Both the position numbers and the translations under genes were made by a program. A DNA stretch of 64,000 bases. Origin: Epithemia pelagica. Its lineage: Eukaryota > Protista > Bacillariophyta. Positions 44,756 through 54,859 of this stretch are shown one piece after another. The notes beneath the pieces are model-generated. The model worked only from the letters and a program-made list of their open reading frames with translations. It was not told where the DNA came from and did not search any database. How positions within the stretch are numbered: position 1 is the stretch's first letter; each line of letters opens with the position of its first letter. Location: the NCBI GenBank assembly GCA_946965045.2, contig OX337236.1, positions 2,852,001 to 2,916,000 of the forward strand, given 5' to 3'.

Positions 44756-47062
44756 CTACTGCGTCGTCGTCGTCGTTTTCATGGGCTGCGACTGGAGCGG
44801 CACAATGTGAAACTGCAAGGTTTCCATGGCCTTGTGGGGTTTGTTGTTGCCCGGTTCGGGTTCTTGATACAAGTATTCCAATCCATAAATTCCAATCGAT
44901 GCATGCGTCTTGCTGTAATGTTCCTTTTTGTTGGCCGTACCGACGGTATTGGCCTCCGAGACACGGTCGTCGGAATCGGGCAAATCCGTGGCAGCCACGA
45001 CCAAGTTTTGATCCAACAAGGTAAAGCGATGTCCACCCATGTCCCACTTGTTTTGATGCAAAATAATGGTCCGTCCCGGCAATACCAGGTCACTTTGGGA
45101 CGCCACCGCCGTCAGTTCTCCCGCCTCAAAGGAGGTTTGTCCCTTGCGACCCAAGACACGATTGATGGAAGCACCGAGAGCACAGGGGCCGGCCGTAAAC
45201 AAGGTATCAAAGGCATGCAAGACGGACAATTCGGGATCGGGGCAAAAGGTATCGTCCACATCTACTGACGTGTAGCGATTCCGGATTTGGTTGACCACCG
45301 TCTCAATGACATGGGCCAAAAAAGGATGAGCAGGAGCCGAGGCAATCAATCCATTCCAGACACACATGCGAAGTTGAGCTTCAATGCCCGGTTCGTCCAC
45401 GGGAACCATAAAGCCCACATCGGGTGGAACCGAGGCGTCCAAGTTGGACTCGAGTATAATGTCAACGTCGGCATAGACACCACCATAAATCAACAAGGCG
45501 CAGTATCGAAACAAGTCTGCCTTGAAGGCACCGGGTCGAAGGGTATCGTAGGCTTCCCGAACTTCGGGGGGAAAGTGGGTACTCAAAAAGTTTTGAGCCT
45601 CCTCATCCGAATAGAACCGATATTCCCATCCCGATTGTTTAAAGGACTCAATCATACGACTCATGTTCGGATACTTGTCCGGTGTCAGCTCTTCGTAGTA
45701 CGTTTGGTGAATGATGCGAGGGACGAGACGGTTGGGATCACGTGCAAATCGAGGAGGAGATACGGAAATCGTTTTGGCCACATGTTTGGGATCGGGTCGT
45801 TCCTTACATAGCGCCTTGCAGTAGCAGGCACACTGTGTGGCACAGGTTTGACAATTGGCGCCACTCTTGTTGCGCAAACATCGGGAACAGTCGACCGAGT
45901 CGGGAAGACATTGGTTTTGCATTAGAATATCAAACAAGTTCTTGGCCTGATAGTCGGCCGGTTTGGGAAAGACTTGTTCGCGAATCGTGGAAATGTAGGG
46001 CAAATCCTTTTCATCGTAGTGCTGGGTTTCCGCATTGTAGGGTTTGGCCAGGTCCGTCGCTTTGGGAACCGGAAGAAGTGCATGGCGGGTCAACAAGAGC
46101 GTTTGCGATTGGTCCAAGACACGGCAACAAAAGCCCCCGTGTGCCACCGGACACTGATTTCCTTGCCACTTGAAATTCTGCGACACATGACACTCTTGTT
46201 CCAACAGATACCACATGTCATTATTTTCACCCAATCGCAAGGTATCCTTGACTTGGCGTTCAATCACATCATGCAGAGCTTGCGGCAACAAGAGTGTCTT
46301 GTACATGAGGTCGGACAGGGAGGATCCAACCAGTACTTGCAGCATATCCTTGGCCAACTGATTTTGTTCCGGTCGAACCAGCAAAAAGGATCCATGAATG
46401 GTTTCTGGTACTGTGGATGCTTCACCCAACACGGCCATGCTGTACTGCGATGGTCCTCCCTGCTTCAAAAACTCGATCAAGGGAATTATCCACGGCGATT
46501 CGGCATCCATCCAAATGCCTCCACGACTTAAGGCGCAATACTTGTACAATTCCGTCGCCAAATGTTCCTGCTGAGCATCGACCAACTCTTGAAAGCGAAC
46601 CAGAATGGTCTCGTAGTTGGGAGAATCGCGACAGGTGGTTTGAATCGAGGCCTTTTGCTCGGCCATGGATTGGGCCACGACAATTTGGATTCGAGCTGCA
46701 TCCGCGGCCGAATGCAAATCCTGAACAAACTTGAGATTGGTCCAGGAAGAAGCATCGTTGACCGCGGAATAAATGACCATGGTTTGTAAAAAAGACCCTC
46801 CTCCTTCTTCCAAACGACGACGACGACGAGGAGCAGCATAGCGAGAAGAGGGCGTAGAAAGCAGTGCATTCGAGTCTACCAACGAGAGACTATTCGTATG
46901 GTGACCATGATGGGACACTAGAGTCCCCATCATGACAATTCCCACCAAGGCGATGAAGCATCCACCCAACCAAAAACGTCGTTGGGTTGTCATTCTTCCA
47001 GCCAACGACGGTGATGCTCCTTCTCGTGACGGTGGAGCCTCTTTGTTGTCACCACGGCTCAT
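44756..47062 (-). CDS. Glycosyltransferase family 32 (DXD sugar-binding, OCH1/SUR1-like) type II membrane protein
   Basis: TM anchor; VPRIIHQTY, LRPGAFKADLFRYCALLIYGGVYADVD. A second, degenerate copy of the motif (ELYKYCALSRGGIWMDAE) lies N-terminally. Confidence 0.9.
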   Translation of the reverse strand: MSRGDNKEAPPSREGASPSLAGRMTTQRRFWLGGCFIALVGIVMMGTLVSHHGHHTNSLSLVDSNALLSTPSSRYAAPRRRRRLEEGGGSFLQTMVIYSAVNDASSWTNLKFVQDLHSAADAARIQIVVAQSMAEQKASIQTTCRDSPNYETILVRFQELVDAQQEHLATELYKYCALSRGGIWMDAESPWIIPLIEFLKQGGPSQYSMAVLGEASTVPETIHGSFLLVRPEQNQLAKDMLQVLVGSSLSDLMYKTLLLPQALHDVIERQVKDTLRLGENNDMWYLLEQECHVSQNFKWQGNQCPVAHGGFCCRVLDQSQTLLLTRHALLPVPKATDLAKPYNAETQHYDEKDLPYISTIREQVFPKPADYQAKNLFDILMQNQCLPDSVDCSRCLRNKSGANCQTCATQCACYCKALCKERPDPKHVAKTISVSPPRFARDPNRLVPRIIHQTYYEELTPDKYPNMSRMIESFKQSGWEYRFYSDEEAQNFLSTHFPPEVREAYDTLRPGAFKADLFRYCALLIYGGVYADVDIILESNLDASVPPDVGFMVPVDEPGIEAQLRMCVWNGLIASAPAHPFLAHVIETVVNQIRNRYTSVDVDDTFCPDPELSVLHAFDTLFTAGPCALGASINRVLGRKGQTSFEAGELTAVASQSDLVLPGRTIILHQNKWDMGGHRFTLLDQNLVVAATDLPDSDDRVSEANTVGTANKKEHYSKTHASIGIYGLEYLYQEPEPGNNKPHKAMETLQFHIVPLQSQPMKTTTTTQ

Positions 47063-47637
47063 TGTATTTCTTCAATAGGTACGTCGTAATCAATTCAAAC
47101 AACCCAACAATCAATGATCCTCCAACACGAAACGAGGATGCGCAGAATGGCGTTTGTTTTCTCACACGCTGTCAACACAAGTCTTCCAACAGAGAAGGAA
47201 GACTTTTTGCGGATTGCGTGAAACGGATGCGTTGCACACAACGAGGGTCCGTCCGGTGAGGACGGGTGGTCCGCCTGGCGCGCTGTCACGCATGCCGTTT
47301 CGATGAACAGCGCGGGGAAACTAGGCAAGCTAGCTACTACACTATTCCCCAAAACTAGCTATGGAGAGGCATAGAAGGTTTCGTTGTTCTCCGGTAGGTG
47401 GACGGACAACGACTCCCTTTCGCGTTGTAGAAGGATGTATTTATAGACATGCGGTAAAGGTTGTTCCGTGTGGTAGTTTCGTATTTGTTGGTTGGTTTGG
47501 TGTTTCTGTGGTTGTAGAGTGTGCAATGCAGTTGTGTGAGCGTGTTTGTTCGGGTAGGTTGGTGGGAGACAATGGAGTTTCGGACTATGCGTCCACCACC
47601 ATCATCATCATCTACCTAGGTAGTGTGGATGCGTGTT

Positions 47638-49659
47638 TTACGACGACGATCCAACCGCGGTGGCTGCCCGTACGACATCGGATGGATCAAGGCTGGGACG
47701 TTGCAACCATTGTCGCAATTCGACCGATTGTTCCAAGCGTGACACAAAGTACGTTTCGTAATAGTGTCGACGTTGCATCGTCTTGTAATACTGGTTGCTC
47801 ATTGTCGTCTTGCTCTTGTTTGTAGTAGTAGTAGTATCCTTGGAGTCGTCCGTCTCGTCATCGTCCTCTTCCAACATGCAGAGCGTCATGGACTTTTGGT
47901 CCTTGTCGGCTTGGACATGAAAATGCAATTCCAAGGCATCCTTGCGTCCCTTGTGTTGATCGTAATTCCACAACAACCACGATATATTCGTACTAGCAGG
48001 AGGAGCGACATGTTCCCATTGCCAATGACGCAACTTGTAGGACAGGACCAAGGCCATCATATCCTCTTGCGACGTACGAGTCGCGGCGGTCGTAGCATCC
48101 GTCGTCGTTGTGGCAGTCGTCGTCGTGTTTTTAGGGTTGGTCTTGGACTGTTTCTTGGCTTCGTCTTGTTCGGATTGATAAAACAAAGTCAATTTGGACA
48201 GGGGCAAGGTGGTATACAATTGCAAATAGGACGCCACGGTGCGATGGGTCTGGGGGGCGGGAATGTCCCGCAAAAACACTTGGACCAAGTGTTTGTGGAC
48301 ATTGTGCGTCGTGGTGGTATAATTCGTCGTGACAAATTTGGGGGAGGCAAACCATTCTTCGTAGGACGACGTGGCTTCCAACCGCGCCGCATGCTTGTCG
48401 CGCAAGACCCGGGCCACGGCATCGTCCATCCATTCGTCCGTTGTCGTCGTTGTCGTGGGACTGCGCTTGTTGCGACTATTGCTGCTGGTCGTCGTGGTCG
48501 CATGACCCAACAGCACATAGTGCAAGAGTGCCAAGAGAGACAACATGCGTTCGACTTGTTTGTGAAATTGTTCCGATCCCGGTACTTTGCGCAATTGTCC
48601 CGTTTTAAAGCCACGGAGGACCGTCGCACAGACTTGGCCCAACAATCGGGCGGCATCCTTGTATCGACGCAGCATCATCAAGCTGATACTGCAATGATAG
48701 GAGAGGGACAATTTGGCCGCCACGACCGACTCCAAGGTTTCCGCCACGGTGCGGCCACTCGTGGTTTTGGTCGCAGCATCCGTAGTATGGCTGGGAATGA
48801 CGAAACTGGCATGGAGGGACAAGGGTGTCAAGGCTTGCAAACTGGCCGTAAAGTCTCCCAACAAACATTCCAATCGAGATTTGGTCAAGGTGGCAAACAT
48901 GTTAAAATAGGTATAGACGGGCGGCAAGGATGTCATGGTGGACGTGGGCAAGCCCAATTCGGCAAAGCGATGCAAATAGGAAAAGACAATTTCCACATCC
49001 CAGGCATCGCGATTTTGTTCCAACACGGTTAAATTGTCCAACAAATTGGACGTATTGTTGTTGTTGTTGTTCGAGTTGTTGTTATTATTGTTGGACGATG
49101 GATTGGACAAGGCCGCCGTGGCGGCGGGCGAGAGCGTGACGGTATGGGTGTCTTCGTCCACCGTAATCCAACCATGTTTGCGCGCCGAGGCATAGACGGC
49201 GGATCGGACTTGACAAAATCCTTGAAACTGATACCCAAATTCTTGAAAGATATCAAAGACCCAGGTCGGTAACAACTCAAAATTGGCATCTTCCGCCGCT
49301 TCCAAAATTTCATCAAACAATTCCCGATAGACGGCAAAGCCTTCCAATCGATCGCGAATGCTGGGTCGACTCAAGACCACTTGATGCCAATGCCGATGCG
49401 TCATTTCCCGATAGACGGCCAAAAACAAGGGATCGCCATTGCATTCAGACGCAATCGATTGCGGACTCGGCCAGGGTTGATGACCAAAATACTTGGTGCT
49501 CAAGTCGCGAAATTCCGTCCCATACAATTTGGCTTGTTCCACCGAATCCTGCGACATGGTCACGGAATCGTACAAATCAAAAATAAAATCCGTCAAGGCT
49601 TTCGGTAGAGCCACATCCGAAGAGCCCGATGAGGCGGGATGAGACGAAGAGGACGCCAT
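47638..49659 (-). CDS. eIF3L: Eukaryotic translation initiation factor 3 subunit L
   Basis: KYFGHQPWPSP, LFLAVYREMTHRH, SRLECLLGDFTASL, YHCSISLMMLRRYKDA and SYLQLYTTLPLSKL match the eIF3L/Paf67 family. ATG at 49659 preferred. Confidence 0.85.
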   Translation of the reverse strand: MASSSSHPASSGSSDVALPKALTDFIFDLYDSVTMSQDSVEQAKLYGTEFRDLSTKYFGHQPWPSPQSIASECNGDPLFLAVYREMTHRHWHQVVLSRPSIRDRLEGFAVYRELFDEILEAAEDANFELLPTWVFDIFQEFGYQFQGFCQVRSAVYASARKHGWITVDEDTHTVTLSPAATAALSNPSSNNNNNNSNNNNNNTSNLLDNLTVLEQNRDAWDVEIVFSYLHRFAELGLPTSTMTSLPPVYTYFNMFATLTKSRLECLLGDFTASLQALTPLSLHASFVIPSHTTDAATKTTSGRTVAETLESVVAAKLSLSYHCSISLMMLRRYKDAARLLGQVCATVLRGFKTGQLRKVPGSEQFHKQVERMLSLLALLHYVLLGHATTTTSSNSRNKRSPTTTTTTDEWMDDAVARVLRDKHAARLEATSSYEEWFASPKFVTTNYTTTTHNVHKHLVQVFLRDIPAPQTHRTVASYLQLYTTLPLSKLTLFYQSEQDEAKKQSKTNPKNTTTTATTTTDATTAATRTSQEDMMALVLSYKLRHWQWEHVAPPASTNISWLLWNYDQHKGRKDALELHFHVQADKDQKSMTLCMLEEDDDETDDSKDTTTTTNKSKTTMSNQYYKTMQRRHYYETYFVSRLEQSVELRQWLQRPSLDPSDVVRAATAVGSSS

Positions 49660-49890
49660 GGTGAGGAGTGATGTAGTGACAAAGAAAGCCGCAAAACAAT
49701 GGAGGCAATGGCACACGGCGTGTGTGGACCACACATGTGCTCAACCGCACCTGGATCGCTTTACAAGTCCCGCTTCTCTCTTGAGACGTGGCAGGTCCCG
49801 CCAACCACACAAGTCACGAACTCACCCCGCTGCAGCCACACACACAACGCAATCTTTGGCTCTTCTCTCGTCGTCGCTCCGTACTTGACC

Positions 49891-50373
49891 ATGGGCATGG
49901 GTCCTCCACCACCACCACCAACGACGAGAATGCCGCAACAGCAGCAGCAACAACAAGAAGATGCGGTCCAGGAACGAAAAGTGCGATTGGCGGCCTTGGC
50001 GGCCAAGGCCGGACGATCCACGACGTTTCTGGTTCCTACCAACAATGCCCATCCCCCATTCTCCACCCACCCAAACGACCCGGCGGCCACGAAATCCTCT
50101 TCTTCTTCCGTCTTGCAACGGGCCTTGGAACAAACCCAAGCCGAATTATTAAAACAGAAACAACAACAACAACAAGCACAATCTGTACAATCCTCCGTCC
50201 CCCACCATCCAACCTCGTTGAATTGGGATTTGAAACGAGATATTGCCGGCAAATTGCAAACGTTGGAACACCGCACCGAAAAATCCTTGGTCCAATTGCT
50301 CCATCAACGATTAACGCAAGAAGTCGAACAAGAAGCAGCAGCAGCAGCTCACGAGGAACAAGAATTGGATTGA
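49891..50373 (+). CDS. CWF18: Cwf18/CCDC12 pre-mRNA splicing factor
   Basis: QERKVRLAAL N-terminally and NWDLKRDIAGKLQTLEHRTEKSLVQLLHQRL C-terminally, the Cwf18 signature. Start inferred at 49891. Confidence 0.85.
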   Translation: MGMGPPPPPPTTRMPQQQQQQQEDAVQERKVRLAALAAKAGRSTTFLVPTNNAHPPFSTHPNDPAATKSSSSSVLQRALEQTQAELLKQKQQQQQAQSVQSSVPHHPTSLNWDLKRDIAGKLQTLEHRTEKSLVQLLHQRLTQEVEQEAAAAAHEEQELD

Positions 50374-50996
50374 TGGTTGGTTGCGGGGCAACCTCTCAAA
50401 CAAGGTGTGATTGTAGGAGGTTGTATATATGGTTGGTACCACACTCGACCCGAGTTGCGCGCATTTGGATCTCTGCAAATGGTACGACGCGCACGGCGTT
50501 TGGCACAAGCCGGATATCAATTTGGAGTAGGATCCTAGTGGAGGCATGGACCAATCGGAAGAAGGAGAACCAAACAAACACCCGCAAAGCAGGAACCTGG
50601 ATTCTCCCTCCCCCTCAACACACACGCACATGCACACGCACACAAGGGAGAAGGAGACTTGGAACTTGGACGGTCCATGACATTGGACACTTTGGCGCAA
50701 GCGAGAGAGGGAGAGAAGGAAGGGAGTAGTCCATGGTTGGAACGAAGCAACCGTCCAACTATCTACTACTAGAAAAGTCTCTCTCCAAGAAGAATGAACC
50801 CCGTACGACGAGTATAGAAATTAAATTCTCTTGTAGTAATGGTTCGGCCTCCACACCCGAATACAAAAAACACACAAACGTTAATGGGGCTCTGCTGTAA
50901 CTTAGTAGGAGTAGGAGCGTAACATTTTGGAGACTTTACAAAAGACTACCTACTCTATCTGCTAGCTACTCCTTCCTTCCAAAAGCGTCCGTCTGT

Positions 50997-53057
50997 ATGG
51001 CCGCCATGGGCACGAAGTTTTCTTTTATTGCATCTCTCTATTCTCAACATCTCCCCGAGAAAGAGCACAAGATGATGCCTGCCACCAATCCTGGCAACCA
51101 TGACAACTACACCCACCATTACGGATCACCGTTCCAACGATTGTCGTCGTCGTCGTCGTCGTCGTGGCACAACGCCCAGGAATCCTTGTCGCAGCAGCAT
51201 CAGGCACCATCCTTTGTAGGAGTGACAACACTGCCACAGCCGTTTTCGTCGTCCTTGGCAACAACAGCAGCAGCAGCAGCAGCAGCAGCACCAGCAGCAC
51301 CAGCAGCACCAGCAGCACCAGCAGCACCAGCGCTGGAACCCTTCTACCACCAAAACAACAACCACAACAACACGCACAATTTTTATTCTCCTCACCAGGA
51401 TGACAATCCTTCACCAGCACAACCGCAACATGAACAACCTGCCGTCGTTGGTAGAGGAACATTATCCACCTCCCCACCCGTTGCCAACCACAACCACAAC
51501 CACAACAATGCCACCAGCACGACGGTCGTTCGCATTGTCCCCGTATCCATGGGACGTGGCAAGTCCTTGGCACGCACCACCGTTCCCACCACCACGACGA
51601 CGACAGTACCAGAGGCGGAGGCGACTGCTACCAGGGACCAGGCTAGTACTACTGCTGCTCCTGCTGCTGGGACTCCTCCACCCGATACGGCCACGACAGC
51701 CGTGCGGCAATCGCCCTCGGGTCTTGCTCCTCCTTCGTCTCGCCCTGGTACGAGTCGTACCCGGAAACCGGGTGGCAAGAAACGGGGCATCAAGGTGGGG
51801 ACCAAAATTACCACCAACAAGACCTTGTATGATTGGAATCTGGCCTGTCGTACCTGGATGCGATTGCAACAAGTAGAACAACAACAACAACCACACGCGT
51901 CAAACACAAACAACTCGAAAACACCAAAACCAAAAAAGAAGTGGACCCACAAGGCCTTTTTGGAATCGTCCTACAGTGGCGACAAATTTTGTGGCTCCTT
52001 GTCGGAACAACAATGTTTTGGTCGATACTTGGCACGTTACAAACAGGAGGAGGAGGAATCCCTGGGGGGAACCGAGCCTTTGCTCCATTCGCCCACGGGC
52101 AGCACTACTACTACTACTGCTGGTACCCTTGTGACTATTCCAGGAGCCACGGAACGCGGCTCTTCTTCTTCTTCTTCTTTTTACGACAACGACAAGACTG
52201 GCTGGAACAACTCAACAAAATTTCGCAAACGACGGCGTCCCAAACGATTTGGAGATATTGAAACGGCCTTGTATACCTGTTTGAATGCGCGGGTCCGAGC
52301 CTTTCAAACCCTCCGATGTGGCTTGTCGTGGAATGCCTTGCAACACTTGGCCTTGCAACTGGCCCACGCGCTGGGCTACAACCACCAGGACAATGACCAC
52401 CACCATTCACCAACCGCAACATCCACAACCACAACCACGGAACCACCACAAGCACAAACCGACCAGGAGGAGGAAGCACGACACTCGTCCACCCCGACGA
52501 CGACAACGACGACCGAAACGAAGAAGACGAAAACGAAACCATCGTTTCAAGCTTCGACGGGGTGGTTGTCGGATGCCTTGCGTCACTATGGGCAAGTGTA
52601 TGCGGCTGCTGTACCAAGGACGGCTGCCACAACTACTGCGACAACTACACCTACCTCAATGGACCCCGTATTGTTTACGCCAGCCCAAGTGGAGGCCCAA
52701 GTCCAAGAAGTGATTCGACAATGGACGACCAAACAACCACCACAACTACCATCATCATCATCTTCATTGCATCCGGACGACACGAACCATCACCCCGCAT
52801 TCGCCACACCTTGCCATCCTTCGACGACTCGTCCCACAAACCAGCCGGTCCTTTCACGACAGGAGGTGTCGGGGCATTTGCAAGCCTTGCAACGCTTTGT
52901 GCAACAACAACAACAAGAACAACAACCACAAGGACCAACTCACCGAACCGTACCCCCGCACCTGTCTCTCTTGATGCAACAAGTGGTGCACGAATTCCAA
53001 GCGTGGAACGACGACCCGGACGACCCGAGGAGGATGCAACCACAACAACCACCTTGA
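50997..53057 (+). CDS. CENP-B/Tc5-transposase-type HTH DNA-binding protein without a DDE domain
   Basis: RRRPKRFGDIETALYTCL..LSWNALQHLALQLAHALG..FQASTGWLSDALRHYG fits HTH_Tnp_Tc5. The remainder is low complexity. Confidence 0.75.
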   Translation: MAAMGTKFSFIASLYSQHLPEKEHKMMPATNPGNHDNYTHHYGSPFQRLSSSSSSSWHNAQESLSQQHQAPSFVGVTTLPQPFSSSLATTAAAAAAAAPAAPAAPAAPAAPALEPFYHQNNNHNNTHNFYSPHQDDNPSPAQPQHEQPAVVGRGTLSTSPPVANHNHNHNNATSTTVVRIVPVSMGRGKSLARTTVPTTTTTTVPEAEATATRDQASTTAAPAAGTPPPDTATTAVRQSPSGLAPPSSRPGTSRTRKPGGKKRGIKVGTKITTNKTLYDWNLACRTWMRLQQVEQQQQPHASNTNNSKTPKPKKKWTHKAFLESSYSGDKFCGSLSEQQCFGRYLARYKQEEEESLGGTEPLLHSPTGSTTTTTAGTLVTIPGATERGSSSSSSFYDNDKTGWNNSTKFRKRRRPKRFGDIETALYTCLNARVRAFQTLRCGLSWNALQHLALQLAHALGYNHQDNDHHHSPTATSTTTTTEPPQAQTDQEEEARHSSTPTTTTTTETKKTKTKPSFQASTGWLSDALRHYGQVYAAAVPRTAATTTATTTPTSMDPVLFTPAQVEAQVQEVIRQWTTKQPPQLPSSSSSLHPDDTNHHPAFATPCHPSTTRPTNQPVLSRQEVSGHLQALQRFVQQQQQEQQPQGPTHRTVPPHLSLLMQQVVHEFQAWNDDPDDPRRMQPQQPP

Positions 53058-54859
53058 ACCAACAGACACATGGCGTGGTTCCGAACAGGACTGTTGACCA
53101 CCAGTAGTAGTAGGATTGCGTCGGGATTCTTAACACTTGTTGGGGTTTGTTCCGACTGTGGTGTGTGTGTACGAAACAAGCCTTTCGAAATTGGGTTTCA
53201 TTCTGATGATGGGTGAACGCCCAGTCTCATGCATTCCACAAGGAAACCAGATCCATGACCCAAATGACACGACACCATGGACGACGACACTCCGATCCAA
53301 TGGAATCTCCTTGGCCTACCATACGACCTATCGGCCTCAAGTCGTCGGCCCCAAGTCTTGTAGCACCTCGTTGGCACAGAAGCCGACACACGAGCTCGGA
53401 AAACCCCGATGTAATCGTGAGTGTGGGAAACGATCGACAACAGGGCTTTGCCCGAACGAATGGCTCCCTCTCGACACCTACCTAGAATCATGTCCTGGAA
53501 GAAGTCAAGAGGAACTCCTATTGTAGTATACGTGGTCCTCTCTGAAACTCCTGGAACGCATGGATCAACCGCACGTCCAGTCTCTATATATTCCATAGCA
53601 GTAGTCCAAGGCAATCCCCCCTTTTGTGACTCCTGCAACACGAGGAAGCAACCACCAATTCATCCATCCATCCATATCCACTCTCCCCAACGACGCGGGA
53701 GCCATTCGTGTGCATGTATCGGTATGTGCGTGTGTGTTCTCAGAGGTGTGTGTTCCCAGAAAGGGACTGGAAGAACCGTTGTGGAACTCGTCGAATGTAC
53801 CTACTCTACTCTAGAGACTCTTCTCTAGTATAGACATGCACTCGTGGTGGTGGTGGTGGACCTGTGGTTTGGTTCCGGTCCCTTTCCAACAAAATCACCC
53901 ACACCCACCCACGAGAGAGTTCTCCCTACACTTCTTATTCTTATTATTTGTGCGAGTGCGCGCTCTCTGTGTTCCCGCTCTCTCTCTCTCTCTCGAATAC
54001 CAACGTTTGCTTCCAACCCACGAGACATGCTCGATTCGGACGATGATGAGGATGAGGATGATCCCAGAGACGGACAGACACAAGAGTCTGCACGATGCGG
54101 GAAGAGGACCTCTCGTCTTTGGGAATCATGTGACACGAAACACACACACATATATATATATATATACGCACAAACACACACATAAATACACGCACAAACC
54201 AGTACAGACCGTGCGAGAGACGTTCCCGAATGAGAGAGAGACAAGAAGACCCGAGAGAGGGTCGACATGAGAGAGTGGAGGACGGGGTACGCTGTGGATC
54301 GAATCTGGATCTGCAATTTTGTGAGACCGCCGTACCCACCCGCACTGGAAGATGTCTCGCCGTGCGTGTAGGCATTGGAACAAAGTTTGAAACTTGCGCG
54401 ACCAAGACTGGATTCCAACGAATACTTAGAGATAGTCGTACCGACAATTGATACCATATATTGTTGTAGTGTAGTTGCCGGCGCGCACGGCATGGGTCAC
54501 TTCGTCAGCCGTGGCATTGCGTGACTGGCATGCGTGCACCAAACCTTTTTGGGTTTGTCTCAAACCAGACTCGAGGTGACTGGACCATGAAGAGCAGCCG
54601 ATTGTCGCATTAGAGACTCTTTTTGGAACACCCAGAATTGTACATTGGCTCTACCTAGAACCACCACACAATCCACCTCTCTCTCTCTCTCTCTAGCTAC
54701 CAGAGTGATACATCTGTCTGTCTCTCTCTCTCTCTCTCGTTGCGCCTGTTCATCCTCTTCTTCATTGACTTGGCTATAGTTTGATCCATTGTCATTGACC
54801 ACAACAAACAAACAACAAACAACTACAAACAACAACTACAACCAACAAACAACTACATC

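Noticed and set aside
47764-49032. Long antisense ORFs (also 61885-63120, 55902-56987, 49788-50729, 28757-29590)
   Set aside because: Shadow frames of GC-rich or triplet-repeat coding genes on the other strand or frame; no motifs of their own.
53198-54493. Minus-strand ORFs 53198-53641 and 53825-54493 as a spliced gene
   Set aside because: No recognisable domain, several frames equally plausible, and much of the region is (AG)n/(AT)n/(AC)n microsatellite. Left unresolved.
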